DNA from: a virus
Taxonomy: Duplodnaviria > Caudoviricetes
DNA: 26,205 bases
IMG/VR virus record: IMGVR_UViG_3300032290_000052
Span: 1-26,205 of that record
Reading direction: 5' to 3' (one strand)
Part shown: positions 7,580-15,814 of the stretch, piece by piece
How positions within the stretch are numbered: position 1 is the stretch's first letter
How the letters are laid out: every line of letters starts with the position of its first letter
The notes under the pieces: generated by a model
Database searches by the model: none
Told to the model about the DNA's origin: nothing
What the model saw: only the letters and a program-made list of their open reading frames with translations
Position numbers and translations under genes: made by a program

Positions 7580-7948
7580 ATGGCTCACTTTGCAAAATTA
7601 GACGAAAACAATATAGTTATTGAAGTTCACGGTTTAAATAACAATGAGCTTATTGATGACAATGGAATTGAACAAGAATCAAAAGGTATTGATTTTTTAG
7701 TTAATTGGTCTGGTGGCTATACAAAATGGAAACAAACCAGTTATAACGCAAACTTTAGAAAAAACTACGCTGGTATTGGATATTTTTACGACGAAACAAA
7801 AGATGCGTTTATTCCTCCACAGCCTTATCCGTCTTGGTTATTGAATGAAAATTCTTATCAATGGGAAGCTCCAATAGCTATTCCTACTGATGATGAACGA
7901 TATGTTTGGGATGAAGCAAATACATCTTGGGTTACATATGACGCCTGA
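7580..7948 (+). CDS. Phage protein associated with glycine-rich fibres (MAHFAKL... type; possible chaperone)
   Basis: MAHFAKLDENN, WKQTSYN..FRKNYAGIGY.YD...DAFIPPQPYPSW.L...W.AP, WDE...W; follows the Gly-rich gene. Confidence 0.75.
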   Translation: MAHFAKLDENNIVIEVHGLNNNELIDDNGIEQESKGIDFLVNWSGGYTKWKQTSYNANFRKNYAGIGYFYDETKDAFIPPQPYPSWLLNENSYQWEAPIAIPTDDERYVWDEANTSWVTYDA

Positions 7949-8177
7949 ATTGCAAAAATATTATGAAGACCGCTTTTCCATGATGGCGACATCTGGATGG
8001 GGCGACTTAGTAGATGACATTGACGAAATGATAAAAGCATTGAATAATATTTCTGCAATTGAGGACGAAAAAAGTCTACAATTTAAGAAGGGCGAACTTT
8101 CCATTTTGTTATGGTTGAAAAACTTGCGACAAGTCAGCTCAGACGCTTATGAGGATTTAAATGCGCCGAATGTATGA
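7938..8177 (+). CDS. Small helical head-module protein (79 aa)
   Basis: In-frame ATG 7938 (MTPELQKYYEDRFSMMATSGW...FKKGEL); type of small protein found between portal and scaffold in podoviruses. Confidence 0.7.
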   Translation: MTPELQKYYEDRFSMMATSGWGDLVDDIDEMIKALNNISAIEDEKSLQFKKGELSILLWLKNLRQVSSDAYEDLNAPNV

Positions 8178-8388
8178 ATTTGCCTGTGAAAACGGGCATC
8201 GTATTGAGAAATTGACCAGTTATGAGATGGCTCAAGTTCAATGCGAGTGCGGTGGCAATGCCAGCCGCATAATATCCGCTCCAGCGTTTAAATTGGAGGG
8301 TTGGTCGGGAGCATTTCCGACTGCCGCAGCCCAATTTGATCGTAGGCATCGAGAAAAACTCGCTGCGGAGCAAAAAGCGAACAGATAA
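8161..8388 (+). CDS. FmdB-like zinc-ribbon protein
   Basis: YEFACENGH...CECGG..SRIISAP matches the FmdB zinc-ribbon pattern; GAGG RBS upstream. Confidence 0.75.
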   Translation: MRRMYEFACENGHRIEKLTSYEMAQVQCECGGNASRIISAPAFKLEGWSGAFPTAAAQFDRRHREKLAAEQKANR

Positions 8389-8448
8389 CCAGTAATGGCC
8401 TGTTTATGATCCTGGGAACCAAAAGATGGCAGGAAAAGGAAACCTAAT

Positions 8449-9207
8449 ATGTTGATTGACAAAGAATCTGAGTTGCCTAGTGAGTTAGAGACAGAGGAAG
8501 CCAAGCTAGAATCTACGATTGGCCATGACAAACCAGACCTTCCTGAAAGGTATCGGAATAAGTCTCTCGAAGACGTTATGAAGATGCACCAAGAAGCGGA
8601 AAAAGTCATTGGACGCCAAGCGCAAGAAGTCGGCGAAGTGCGGAAACTGGCAGATGAACTGATTAAGCAAAACCTTAGTTCTAGGCAGCAACCTATTGCA
8701 GAGGCAGAGCAGGAAGTAGACTTTTACGAAGACCCACAAAAGGCAGTTCGTAATACGATTGATAGACACCCTGACATCATTGAGGCTCGAAAAGCCGCAT
8801 CGGAGTTAAGGGCGTTACAGACTCAACAGAAGCTGACTCAAGCACATCCTGATTTTGAACAAGTTGTTCGAGATGATGGGTTTGTGAATTGGGTTAAGTC
8901 GTCACCGATTCGTTTGGATTTATTCAAGCGAGCTGATGCAGAGTTTGATTTTGATTCGGCTAACGAATTGCTGTCCACCTACAAAGAGTTGCGTGGAATT
9001 CAGACTAAGCAAGCGAACCAACAAGCATCAACGGATCGCCAAAAAACGATGAAATCCGTGCAGGTTGATAGCGGTGGAAGCGGTGAGAGTTCAAAAAGAG
9101 TTTACCGACGTGCTGACCTAATTCGGCTAAAAATGAATGACCCAGCCCGATATGACGCACTATCTGATGAGATTATGTCGGCGTATCAAGAGGGACGGGT
9201 CAAGTAA
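8449..9207 (+). CDS. Capsid scaffolding protein
   Basis: Acidic and helical; PERYRNKS.EDV.KMHQEAEK.IGRQ..EVGE.R; C-terminal DP.RY..LSDEI..AY.EGRVK; immediately upstream of the capsid gene. Confidence 0.85.
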   Translation: MLIDKESELPSELETEEAKLESTIGHDKPDLPERYRNKSLEDVMKMHQEAEKVIGRQAQEVGEVRKLADELIKQNLSSRQQPIAEAEQEVDFYEDPQKAVRNTIDRHPDIIEARKAASELRALQTQQKLTQAHPDFEQVVRDDGFVNWVKSSPIRLDLFKRADAEFDFDSANELLSTYKELRGIQTKQANQQASTDRQKTMKSVQVDSGGSGESSKRVYRRADLIRLKMNDPARYDALSDEIMSAYQEGRVK

Positions 9208-9233
9208 CTTACTTTTGATCTAGGAGCATTAAC

Positions 9234-10208
9234 ATGGCAAATACAGCATTTTCCCCAACCAATAGCGTAACCGTATCGAGCGCCGGTACCTTCGTCCCAG
9301 AGATTTGGAGTGATGAGATTGTTGCGTCTTACAAGAAGAATCTCGTTCTGGCCAATCTGGTCATGAAGATGAACTTCCGTGGCAAAAAAGGCGATGTGAT
9401 TCACATCCCAGCGCCAACACGTGGTTCGGCATCGTTAAAAGTAGCAACCGATGCAGTAACTCTGATTGCTGCCAGCAACACCGAAGTGCAAGTGACTATC
9501 GACAAGCACTATGAGTACAGCCGTTTGATCGAGGACATCGCTGAAATTCAAGCTCTGAATTCAATGCGTCAGTTCTATACTGCTGATGCTGGCTATGCTT
9601 TGGCGCGTCAAGTAGATACCAACTTGATTCAATTGGGTCGTGCATTTAACGGCGCAACAGTTGGCACCGACGACTATGCAACTAGCAACACAACCACTAA
9701 AGCCTTCATCGGCTCAAACGGTACAACTGCATACAACTCAACATCGTCAAATGCAGCCGCTCTGACTGATGCAGCTATTCGTCGCACAATCCAGCGCTTG
9801 GATGACAACGACACACCAATGGACGGTCGTTTCTTTGTTATTCCTCCATCAAGCCGCAATACATTGATGGGTTTGGCTCGCTACACTGAGCAAGCATTTG
9901 TCGGTGATGGCAATGCAATCCGCAATGGCGAGATCGGAAATTTGTACGGTATCCCTGTGTTTGTTTCGTCAAACGCTGATACTGGTGCTGGCACTTCAGG
10001 CACCGACCGTATTTGCTTGATGGGCCACAAGGATTCGATGGTTCTAGTTGAGCAAGTTGCGGTTCGCTCGCAGACTCAGTACAAACAAGAGTACCTCGGC
10101 ACTCTGTTTACTGCTGACACTCTGTATGGCGTCAAAGCAATGCGTACTGCGGCAACTGTTGGCGCAGCCTTGTCGTCTTCGGCATTCGCCTTGGCCGTGC
10201 CTGCCTAA
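9234..10208 (+). CDS. Major capsid protein (HK97 fold, P22/T7-like)
   Basis: FVPEIWS, KGDVIHIP, LDDNDTP.DGRFFVIPP, GEIGNLYGIPVFVS, ADTLYGVK; AGGAG RBS; strong terminator downstream. Confidence 0.93.
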   Translation: MANTAFSPTNSVTVSSAGTFVPEIWSDEIVASYKKNLVLANLVMKMNFRGKKGDVIHIPAPTRGSASLKVATDAVTLIAASNTEVQVTIDKHYEYSRLIEDIAEIQALNSMRQFYTADAGYALARQVDTNLIQLGRAFNGATVGTDDYATSNTTTKAFIGSNGTTAYNSTSSNAAALTDAAIRRTIQRLDDNDTPMDGRFFVIPPSSRNTLMGLARYTEQAFVGDGNAIRNGEIGNLYGIPVFVSSNADTGAGTSGTDRICLMGHKDSMVLVEQVAVRSQTQYKQEYLGTLFTADTLYGVKAMRTAATVGAALSSSAFALAVPA

Positions 10209-10210
10209 TT

Positions 10211-10239
10211 AAACACCCCGCCTTCGGGCGGGGGTTTTT
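10211..10239 (+). terminator. Rho-independent terminator
   Basis: CCCCGCC-TTCG-GGCGGGG followed by GTTTTT. Confidence 0.9.
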
Positions 10240-10260
10240 AACCTAATTGGGAGAACTACT

Positions 10261-10587
10261 ATGGCAACAGCTTCAGCAGTAACTGTACGCGCAGGCAACG
10301 ATCAATTCCGTGGCCTGTTTTCTGATACGTGGATGGTAACAGCCACGCTCGACGCTGGCTCGCTAGTTGATGGCGCTGGCGAAACCGATGATGTCACCGT
10401 TCCAGGCGTAGCACTCGGTGATATGGTTATCGGCGCATCATTGGGCGTGGATTTGGTGGGTTTGACTGTTACTGGCTATGTCAGTGCAGCCAATACCGTT
10501 AAATTCCGTATCCAAAACGAATCAGGCTCAACCGCTGATTTGGCATCGTCAACACTTCGTATCGTTGTAGCACGTTCGGTAGCGTAA
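10261..10587 (+). CDS. Putative capsid decoration/minor head protein (108 aa)
   Basis: GGGAG RBS; small beta-rich protein directly after the capsid gene, with its own terminator. Confidence 0.6.
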   Translation: MATASAVTVRAGNDQFRGLFSDTWMVTATLDAGSLVDGAGETDDVTVPGVALGDMVIGASLGVDLVGLTVTGYVSAANTVKFRIQNESGSTADLASSTLRIVVARSVA

Positions 10588-10588
10588 T

Positions 10589-10615
10589 AATCGGGGGCTT
10601 CGGCCCCTGATTTTT
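10589..10615 (+). terminator. Rho-independent terminator
   Basis: AATCGGGGGC-TTCG-GCCCCTGATT followed by a T-run. Confidence 0.85.
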
Positions 10616-10625
10616 AAAGGTTCCT

Positions 10626-10835
10626 ATGGCAATTTTTAGATGTCTTCAAAGCGGTCAAACTGTTGAGTTTACGCAGTCGCATGACGTTGAAAGCATGAAA
10701 GGCCATGCTGGGTATGAACGCATTGATGAGCCTGAGACTTCGGGTGATAATGACGAACATTTGGTAATTATGCGGCCACCAGAGGCGCAGAAACGGCCTG
10801 GAAGGCCAAGAAAGACAGGTCATGTCGGACATTGA
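10626..10835 (+). CDS. Small protein with C-terminal AT-hook-like KRPGRPRK (69 aa)
   Basis: AAGG RBS; GRP core flanked by basic residues. Confidence 0.7.
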   Translation: MAIFRCLQSGQTVEFTQSHDVESMKGHAGYERIDEPETSGDNDEHLVIMRPPEAQKRPGRPRKTGHVGH

Positions 10836-11028
10836 TTTACGTGAATTTGGCAAGCTGGAAGCTCAGGTTGAAGTGCTGCAAACCGAGGTTACTGCCTTGC
10901 GTGAGGACGTCAAAACCTTGTTGGCGATGGCCAATAAGTCCAAGGGCGGCTTTTGGGTCGGTATGGCAATTGCGTCAGCCATGAGCGGCGCGGCGGCATT
11001 TGTTATGGATCGGGTCTTTTTTAGATGA
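10822..11028 (+). CDS. Coiled-coil plus C-terminal TM protein (XhlA/holin-like, 68 aa)
   Basis: Heptad segment LEAQVEVLQTEVTALREDV then KGGFWVGMAIASAMSGAAAFVM. Confidence 0.6.
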   Translation: MSDIDLREFGKLEAQVEVLQTEVTALREDVKTLLAMANKSKGGFWVGMAIASAMSGAAAFVMDRVFFR

Positions 11029-11432
11029 AAGACGGTCTATTAACAGGCAAAACCTGCCCCATTGCAACGCAGGATGTCTCGGTCAATCTGAAAAACCGAA
11101 ACCATGCGTTCAAAGAATACGGTTATGGCCCACCTAATCCAGACGAGGCAAATACTGCCTTTTGGATGAAAAAGGCCACGATGTACAACGCGCCAACGTC
11201 TGCCATTAAGGGCATGCTGTGTGGCAATTGCGCAGCTTTTATTCAGACGCCTAGCATGATGGAATGCATTGTTGGCGGTCTGGAGAAGGACGAAAACGAA
11301 GATGAATTGTCGTATGACGAGGAATTCGTAGCGGCGGCTGATCTAGGCTATTGTGATCTGTTTCAATTTACCTGCGCAGCGGCTCGCACATGCGATGCGT
11401 GGAAATCTGGCGGCCCTATAACAAAGGATTAA
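11025..11432 (+). CDS. Cysteine-rich protein with HiPIP-like cysteine spacing (135 aa)
   Basis: CGNCAAF ... GYCDLFQFTCAAARTCDAW; ATGA overlap with the upstream gene. Confidence 0.6.
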   Translation: MKDGLLTGKTCPIATQDVSVNLKNRNHAFKEYGYGPPNPDEANTAFWMKKATMYNAPTSAIKGMLCGNCAAFIQTPSMMECIVGGLEKDENEDELSYDEEFVAAADLGYCDLFQFTCAAARTCDAWKSGGPITKD

Positions 11433-11433
11433 T

Positions 11434-11751
11434 ATGTCAACATTTCAGTTAGACCCTAATCAAGTCGCTTTGGGCGTGGGAGCTATCGGAACTACCCAAG
11501 CGGCTACAGTAACAACTAGCAGCGTACAGATGACTGCATTTGGCGCAAACACTACACTGATTCGCATTGCTTGCGCTAATGGTCACTGTCATTTTGCGAT
11601 TGGAGCTAATCCAACTGCTTCAATTACAACAAGCCCATTAATCGGCAATAATCAATCAGAAATTATTGCAGTAACTCCAGGCCAAAAGATTGCTTTTATT
11701 AAAGATGCTACTGTCACTACTTCCACAGTAACTGTTACGGAGTTAGTATGA
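11434..11751 (+). CDS. Small beta-rich putative virion protein (105 aa)
   Basis: AAGGA RBS; T/A-rich; LIRIA...CHFAIGANPTA...IAVTPGQKIAFI. Confidence 0.65.
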   Translation: MSTFQLDPNQVALGVGAIGTTQAATVTTSSVQMTAFGANTTLIRIACANGHCHFAIGANPTASITTSPLIGNNQSEIIAVTPGQKIAFIKDATVTTSTVTVTELV

Positions 11752-11936
11752 AAAAATCAACTATGGCACAAAAGAAAATGGGCAAAGTTATGGGCGAATA
11801 CAAAGCCGGTTCTTTGCATTCAGGTAAGGGTGGCCCTGTAGTTACAAATCGTAAGCAAGCGGTCGCCATTGCTATGAGCGAGGCCAAAATGCCACAGCGC
11901 GGTATGCGCACAGCCAAGAACAAGGCAAAGAAATGA
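11748..11936 (+). CDS. Small basic protein (DUF6496-like, 62 aa)
   Basis: GGAG RBS; KVMGEYKAGSLHSGKGGPVVTNRKQAVAIAMSEA. Confidence 0.7.
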   Translation: MKKSTMAQKKMGKVMGEYKAGSLHSGKGGPVVTNRKQAVAIAMSEAKMPQRGMRTAKNKAKK

Positions 11937-12091
11937 TGAAGCCTGTTTGGGACAAGAAGCGCCCAAAGTCGTTAGGCGCATCTAAGCCATTGTCGCCAGC
12001 CAAGAAAACGGCGGCTAAGAAGATGGCCAAAGAGGCTGGTAGACCCTATCCTAACCTGGTCGATAATATGCGGGCAGCGAGGAAGAAATGA
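11933..12091 (+). CDS. Small basic protein (52 aa), absent from the ORF track
   Basis: MMKPVWDKKRPKSLGASKPLSPAKKTAAKKMAKEAGRPYPNLVDNMRAARKK; fills the gap exactly, with ATGA overlaps at both ends. Confidence 0.8.
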   Translation: MMKPVWDKKRPKSLGASKPLSPAKKTAAKKMAKEAGRPYPNLVDNMRAARKK

Positions 12092-12339
12092 TTAAACGTG
12101 GCAAAGAGGAATTTTCTGGCTACAACAAGCCGAAAAAGACACCTAGCCACCCGACCAAAAGCCATGCCGTATTGGCTAAGTCGGGCGATGAGGTTAAGCT
12201 GATCCGCTTTGGCCAGCAAGGCGTCACCGGCAGTCCTGACGGCAGCAAACGCAATGAAGCATTTAAGGCGCGTCATGCTAAGAATATTGCCAAGGGCAAG
12301 ATGAGTGCGGCCTTTTGGGCAGATCGCGTTAAATGGTAG
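12088..12339 (+). CDS. Small basic phage protein (83 aa)
   Basis: GAGG RBS; GYNKPKKTP.HPTKSHAVLAK...KLIRFGQQG...FKARH...SAAFWADRVKW. Confidence 0.8.
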   Translation: MIKRGKEEFSGYNKPKKTPSHPTKSHAVLAKSGDEVKLIRFGQQGVTGSPDGSKRNEAFKARHAKNIAKGKMSAAFWADRVKW

Positions 12340-12366
12340 CCAGAAATAACGTAATTTCTCTATAAT
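12337..12366 (+). promoter_or_regulatory. Putative sigma70-type promoter for the tail operon
   Basis: TAGCCA (12337-12342), 18-bp spacer, perfect TATAAT (12361-12366), within a 96-bp intergenic gap. Confidence 0.5.
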
Positions 12367-12435
12367 AGGGGCGAAGGCTTCTTCCCACAGGGGATAGGCA
12401 AAAGCTGGCTCTGTGTAAGGTTTGCGGGGAAGCGA

Positions 12436-13086
12436 ATGACCTATCTTGAATTAGTAAATGCGGTATTGACACGACTACGTGAGCCGACAGTATCAACTGT
12501 CGCTCTGAATTCCTATTCGGCGTTGATTGGCAAAATGGTCAACGACGCCAAGCGCCAAGTTGAAGATTCCTACGATTGGAATGTCCTTGGCCAAGAATTA
12601 ACGGTTACCACCGCATCGGGAACGTATGTCTACTCATTGACCGGCGCAGGTCAAAAATTCCGTGTATCCAGTGATCCGTTAAATACCACTAGCAATGTTG
12701 TCATGCGAAATATCAGCGTGGCTGACATGCGCCAAAAGCAAAACTTCACGCCGATTGTTACCAACATCCCAGCGCAGTATTGCTTTGAAGGTGTTGACGG
12801 TAACGGCGACGCTCAAGTTCAATTGTATGGCCGCCCTGATGGTGTCTATAGCATCAAGTTTTTTCTGACTATCCCACAAGCAGCTCTGTCATCGGACGGC
12901 ACATCGGTGTTGGTACCTGACGTATTGGTTGAGCAAAATGCGTACGCCAGAGCATTGGTTGAGCGTGGCGAAGATGGTGGCCTGACATCGTCAGAGGCTT
13001 ACAATCTTTATCGCTCCATGTTGGCTGATTACATTGCTTTGGAAGCGACACGCTTCCCTGAAACGCAGGAGTTTGTGTCAACATGA
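12436..13086 (+). CDS. Tail adaptor / tail tubular protein A (T7 gp11-like)
   Basis: MTYLELVNAVLTRLRE...VNDAKRQVED..DW; 216 aa; first gene of the tail module. Confidence 0.8.
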   Translation: MTYLELVNAVLTRLREPTVSTVALNSYSALIGKMVNDAKRQVEDSYDWNVLGQELTVTTASGTYVYSLTGAGQKFRVSSDPLNTTSNVVMRNISVADMRQKQNFTPIVTNIPAQYCFEGVDGNGDAQVQLYGRPDGVYSIKFFLTIPQAALSSDGTSVLVPDVLVEQNAYARALVERGEDGGLTSSEAYNLYRSMLADYIALEATRFPETQEFVST

Positions 13087-14639
13087 GCCAGCAACTTGAG
13101 CGTTTTAGCATTAGCGCACCAGGATTTTTCGGATTAAATACCCAGGACAGCCCGTTAGATTTAGCGGCTGGTTTTGCGTTGACTGCGACTAACTGTATCA
13201 TTGACCAGTATGGTCGGATGGGCGCTCGTAAGGGTTGGACAAAACAAAACAGCAGTTCAGGCAATCTTGGCGCTAATGATGTTGGTGTCATTCATGAGTT
13301 GGTGCAAACCGATGGCTCGGTAACGACGCTATTTGCTGGAAACAATAAGTTATTCAAATTAAGTGGTTCAACAGCTACCGAACTAACCTACGGCGGCGGC
13401 GGCACAGCGCCGACTATTACCGCTAGTAATTGGCATTGCGCATCGCTTAATGGAATAACGTATTTTTTTCAGTCAGCACATGATCCACTAATCTATGACC
13501 CAGCGGTTAGCACAACAACGTATCGTCGGGTAAGTGAAAAAACTGGTTATGCCGGTACAGTGCCATCAGGCAATATCTGCATCTCAGCGTATGGTCGTTT
13601 GTGGATAGCCAACACGGCGACCAATAAAACGACGCTGACGTTTTCTGATTTGATTGCTGGACATATTTATACCGGCGGCACATCAGGCACATTAAATGTG
13701 AATAACGTATGGGCTAATGGCGCTGATGAGATTACTGGTTTAGCTGCTCATAACGGTTTTCTGTTTATCTTTGGTAAGCGTCAGATTTTGGTCTATCAAG
13801 GAGCAACAGCGCCTAGCACGATGTCGCTGTATGACACGGTAGTAGGTATCGGTTGCCAATGGCGCGATTCAATTCAAAGCACGAATACTGATGTGGTGTT
13901 TTTATCCAACAGTGGCGTGCGCTCAGTGCTGCGAACCATTCAAGAGAAGTCAGCGCCGTTTCGTGACTTGAGCAAGAATGTTCGTAATGACTTGATGCAA
14001 TTGGTGGGTGGTGAAACACCGGCAAATATTAAAGCAGTGTATTCGGAAGTTGATGCGTTTTATCTGCTGACGTTTCCGACAGCAAAACAAGCGTATGTGT
14101 TTGACACGCGCAATGTAATGCAGGATGGATCATCTAGAGTAACCACATGGACTCAGATTGAGCCAACGGCATTATTTGCCTTGCGCAATGGCGATTTATT
14201 GATTGGTAAGAATGGCTATGTCGGTAAATACACAGGCTATCTTGATGATACATCGACTTATCGAATGTTTTATTACACTAACCACGCTGATTTAGGTGAT
14301 GTTACTGTTACCTCCATTATTAAACGTATTTCTATTGTTGCTATTGGTGGCACCAATCAAATAGTCACCATCAAGTGGGGATATGACTTTACTGAAGGCT
14401 ATTTGTCAGAAAACGTAGCTATCCCCGCACAAGGCGTTTCAGAATATGGTGTTGCTGAGTATGGCGCAAATGGCTCTCCAGTTGCGTATTATGCTGGTGG
14501 TATTACGATTCAAACACTAAACGCACAAGCAACTGGATCAGGGAAAGTGGTTCAAACGGGCTATGAAGCAGAAATTAATGGGTTTGAATTATCCATTCAA
14601 AAGATTGAAATTTTGGCCAAGCATGGCCGTATAAGTTAA
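13083..14639 (+). CDS. Tail nozzle / tubular protein B (T7 gp12 or P22 gp10-like)
   Basis: 518 aa beta-propeller-like; PGFFGLNT, AYGRLW, DEITGLA, VFLSNSGVRS; follows the adaptor. Confidence 0.8.
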   Translation: MSQQLERFSISAPGFFGLNTQDSPLDLAAGFALTATNCIIDQYGRMGARKGWTKQNSSSGNLGANDVGVIHELVQTDGSVTTLFAGNNKLFKLSGSTATELTYGGGGTAPTITASNWHCASLNGITYFFQSAHDPLIYDPAVSTTTYRRVSEKTGYAGTVPSGNICISAYGRLWIANTATNKTTLTFSDLIAGHIYTGGTSGTLNVNNVWANGADEITGLAAHNGFLFIFGKRQILVYQGATAPSTMSLYDTVVGIGCQWRDSIQSTNTDVVFLSNSGVRSVLRTIQEKSAPFRDLSKNVRNDLMQLVGGETPANIKAVYSEVDAFYLLTFPTAKQAYVFDTRNVMQDGSSRVTTWTQIEPTALFALRNGDLLIGKNGYVGKYTGYLDDTSTYRMFYYTNHADLGDVTVTSIIKRISIVAIGGTNQIVTIKWGYDFTEGYLSENVAIPAQGVSEYGVAEYGANGSPVAYYAGGITIQTLNAQATGSGKVVQTGYEAEINGFELSIQKIEILAKHGRIS

Positions 14640-14649
14640 GGGGCGGCAC

Positions 14650-15426
14650 ATGTCTAACTACACAAAATCAACCGACTTTGCATCTAAAGATTCGTTAGCC
14701 TCTGGCAACGCAGCTAAGATTGTTAAGGGTACGGAGATTGACACCGAGTTTAATAATATCGCCACAGCGATTGCGACGAAAGCTGATTCAGCTAGCCCAT
14801 CGTTTAGCGGTACGGTAACAGCGGCAACTATTTCAGCAACAACGGTATCCACAGCGGGAGCCGCAATTACTGGTGGTTCAGTTACTGGCATTACTGACAT
14901 AACTGTTGCTGACGGTGGCACAGGCGCATCAACAGCAGCTAATGCCAGGGCGAATTTAGGAACTGTTGCAGATACAGCGACCAATGGTATTGCTGCTAGA
15001 ACAGCGGCTAATACATTGACAGCTAGAACTATTACGGCTGGCACAGGCATTTCAGTTACAAATGGAACAGGCGCATCAGGCGATCCAACTATTGCTAATA
15101 CGGGCGTAATTACAGTTAATGGAAGTTCCGGTGCCGTCACTTTAGATGTTGGTGCTGAAAATGCGGCGTTATCTCTTGGCGGCATAGGCACATACGCATT
15201 TCTAGTGCAAGGAACCATAGGCACTACAGGAATTACCGCAGGGTCAACTTATGCGGGTAGTGACTTGCGGTATTACGGGCTAAATGGAACAAGCCTTACA
15301 AGTTCAACCAATTTTAACGGTGGTGGAACTGCTGGAGCTACGCCATCAGGAACATGGCGAGCGATGGGTACGTGTAACGCTACATCAAACACATTTCGAG
15401 TAACTTTATTTTTGCGCATATCATGA
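14650..15426 (+). CDS. Tail fibre
   Basis: Anchor-like N-terminus (IDTEFNNIATAIATKAD), VADGGTGASTAANARANLG fibre motif, tip GIGTYAFL...GTWRAMG...TLFLRIS. Confidence 0.8.
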   Translation: MSNYTKSTDFASKDSLASGNAAKIVKGTEIDTEFNNIATAIATKADSASPSFSGTVTAATISATTVSTAGAAITGGSVTGITDITVADGGTGASTAANARANLGTVADTATNGIAARTAANTLTARTITAGTGISVTNGTGASGDPTIANTGVITVNGSSGAVTLDVGAENAALSLGGIGTYAFLVQGTIGTTGITAGSTYAGSDLRYYGLNGTSLTSSTNFNGGGTAGATPSGTWRAMGTCNATSNTFRVTLFLRIS

Positions 15427-15809
15427 TTATTGAGTACGCAAAAAACCCTAAATGGGCGTTTAGCGATAAGTCTGGTATAAATTTAATTGTTAAATTTAAA
15501 GATTTTGATTTTGAAGTGCCCTATACAGCGACTGATTTAGATATTGTTGAGCATAGTAAAGAGTTATACAAAAAAGCAATTCATGGTGAATTTGGTGAAA
15601 TTAATGATTGTGATTTGCCAAACAAAGATGAATTAGCTAAAACCATTAGATTGCATAGAAATACGTTATTAAGTTTATCCGATTGGACTCAATTAACTGA
15701 TGTTCCAAGTGAAACTAAAGAAAAATGGGCTGTTTATAGGCAAATGTTGCGTGATATACCAAAGCAAAATAATTTTCCTTTTGATGTGGTATTTCCTTTA
15801 GAGCCATAA
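15423..15809 (+). CDS. Tail fibre assembly chaperone
   Basis: R..RN.LL..SDWTQL.D......W..YRQ.LRDIP.Q..FP..V.FP motif; ATGA coupling to the fibre gene; visibly AT-rich. Confidence 0.85.
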   Translation: MIIEYAKNPKWAFSDKSGINLIVKFKDFDFEVPYTATDLDIVEHSKELYKKAIHGEFGEINDCDLPNKDELAKTIRLHRNTLLSLSDWTQLTDVPSETKEKWAVYRQMLRDIPKQNNFPFDVVFPLEP

Positions 15810-15814
15810 AAAAT

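Noticed and set aside
10180-10260. T7-style capsid frameshift or read-through extension
   Set aside because: No evident slippery heptamer before the stop; a strong terminator follows and the next gene has its own RBS.
12367-12435. c-di-GMP-I riboswitch
   Set aside because: Short words are similar (CACAGGG, GCAAAAGC, GCGGGG), but the GNRA tetraloop/receptor two-stem architecture is absent; kept only as a generic structured leader.
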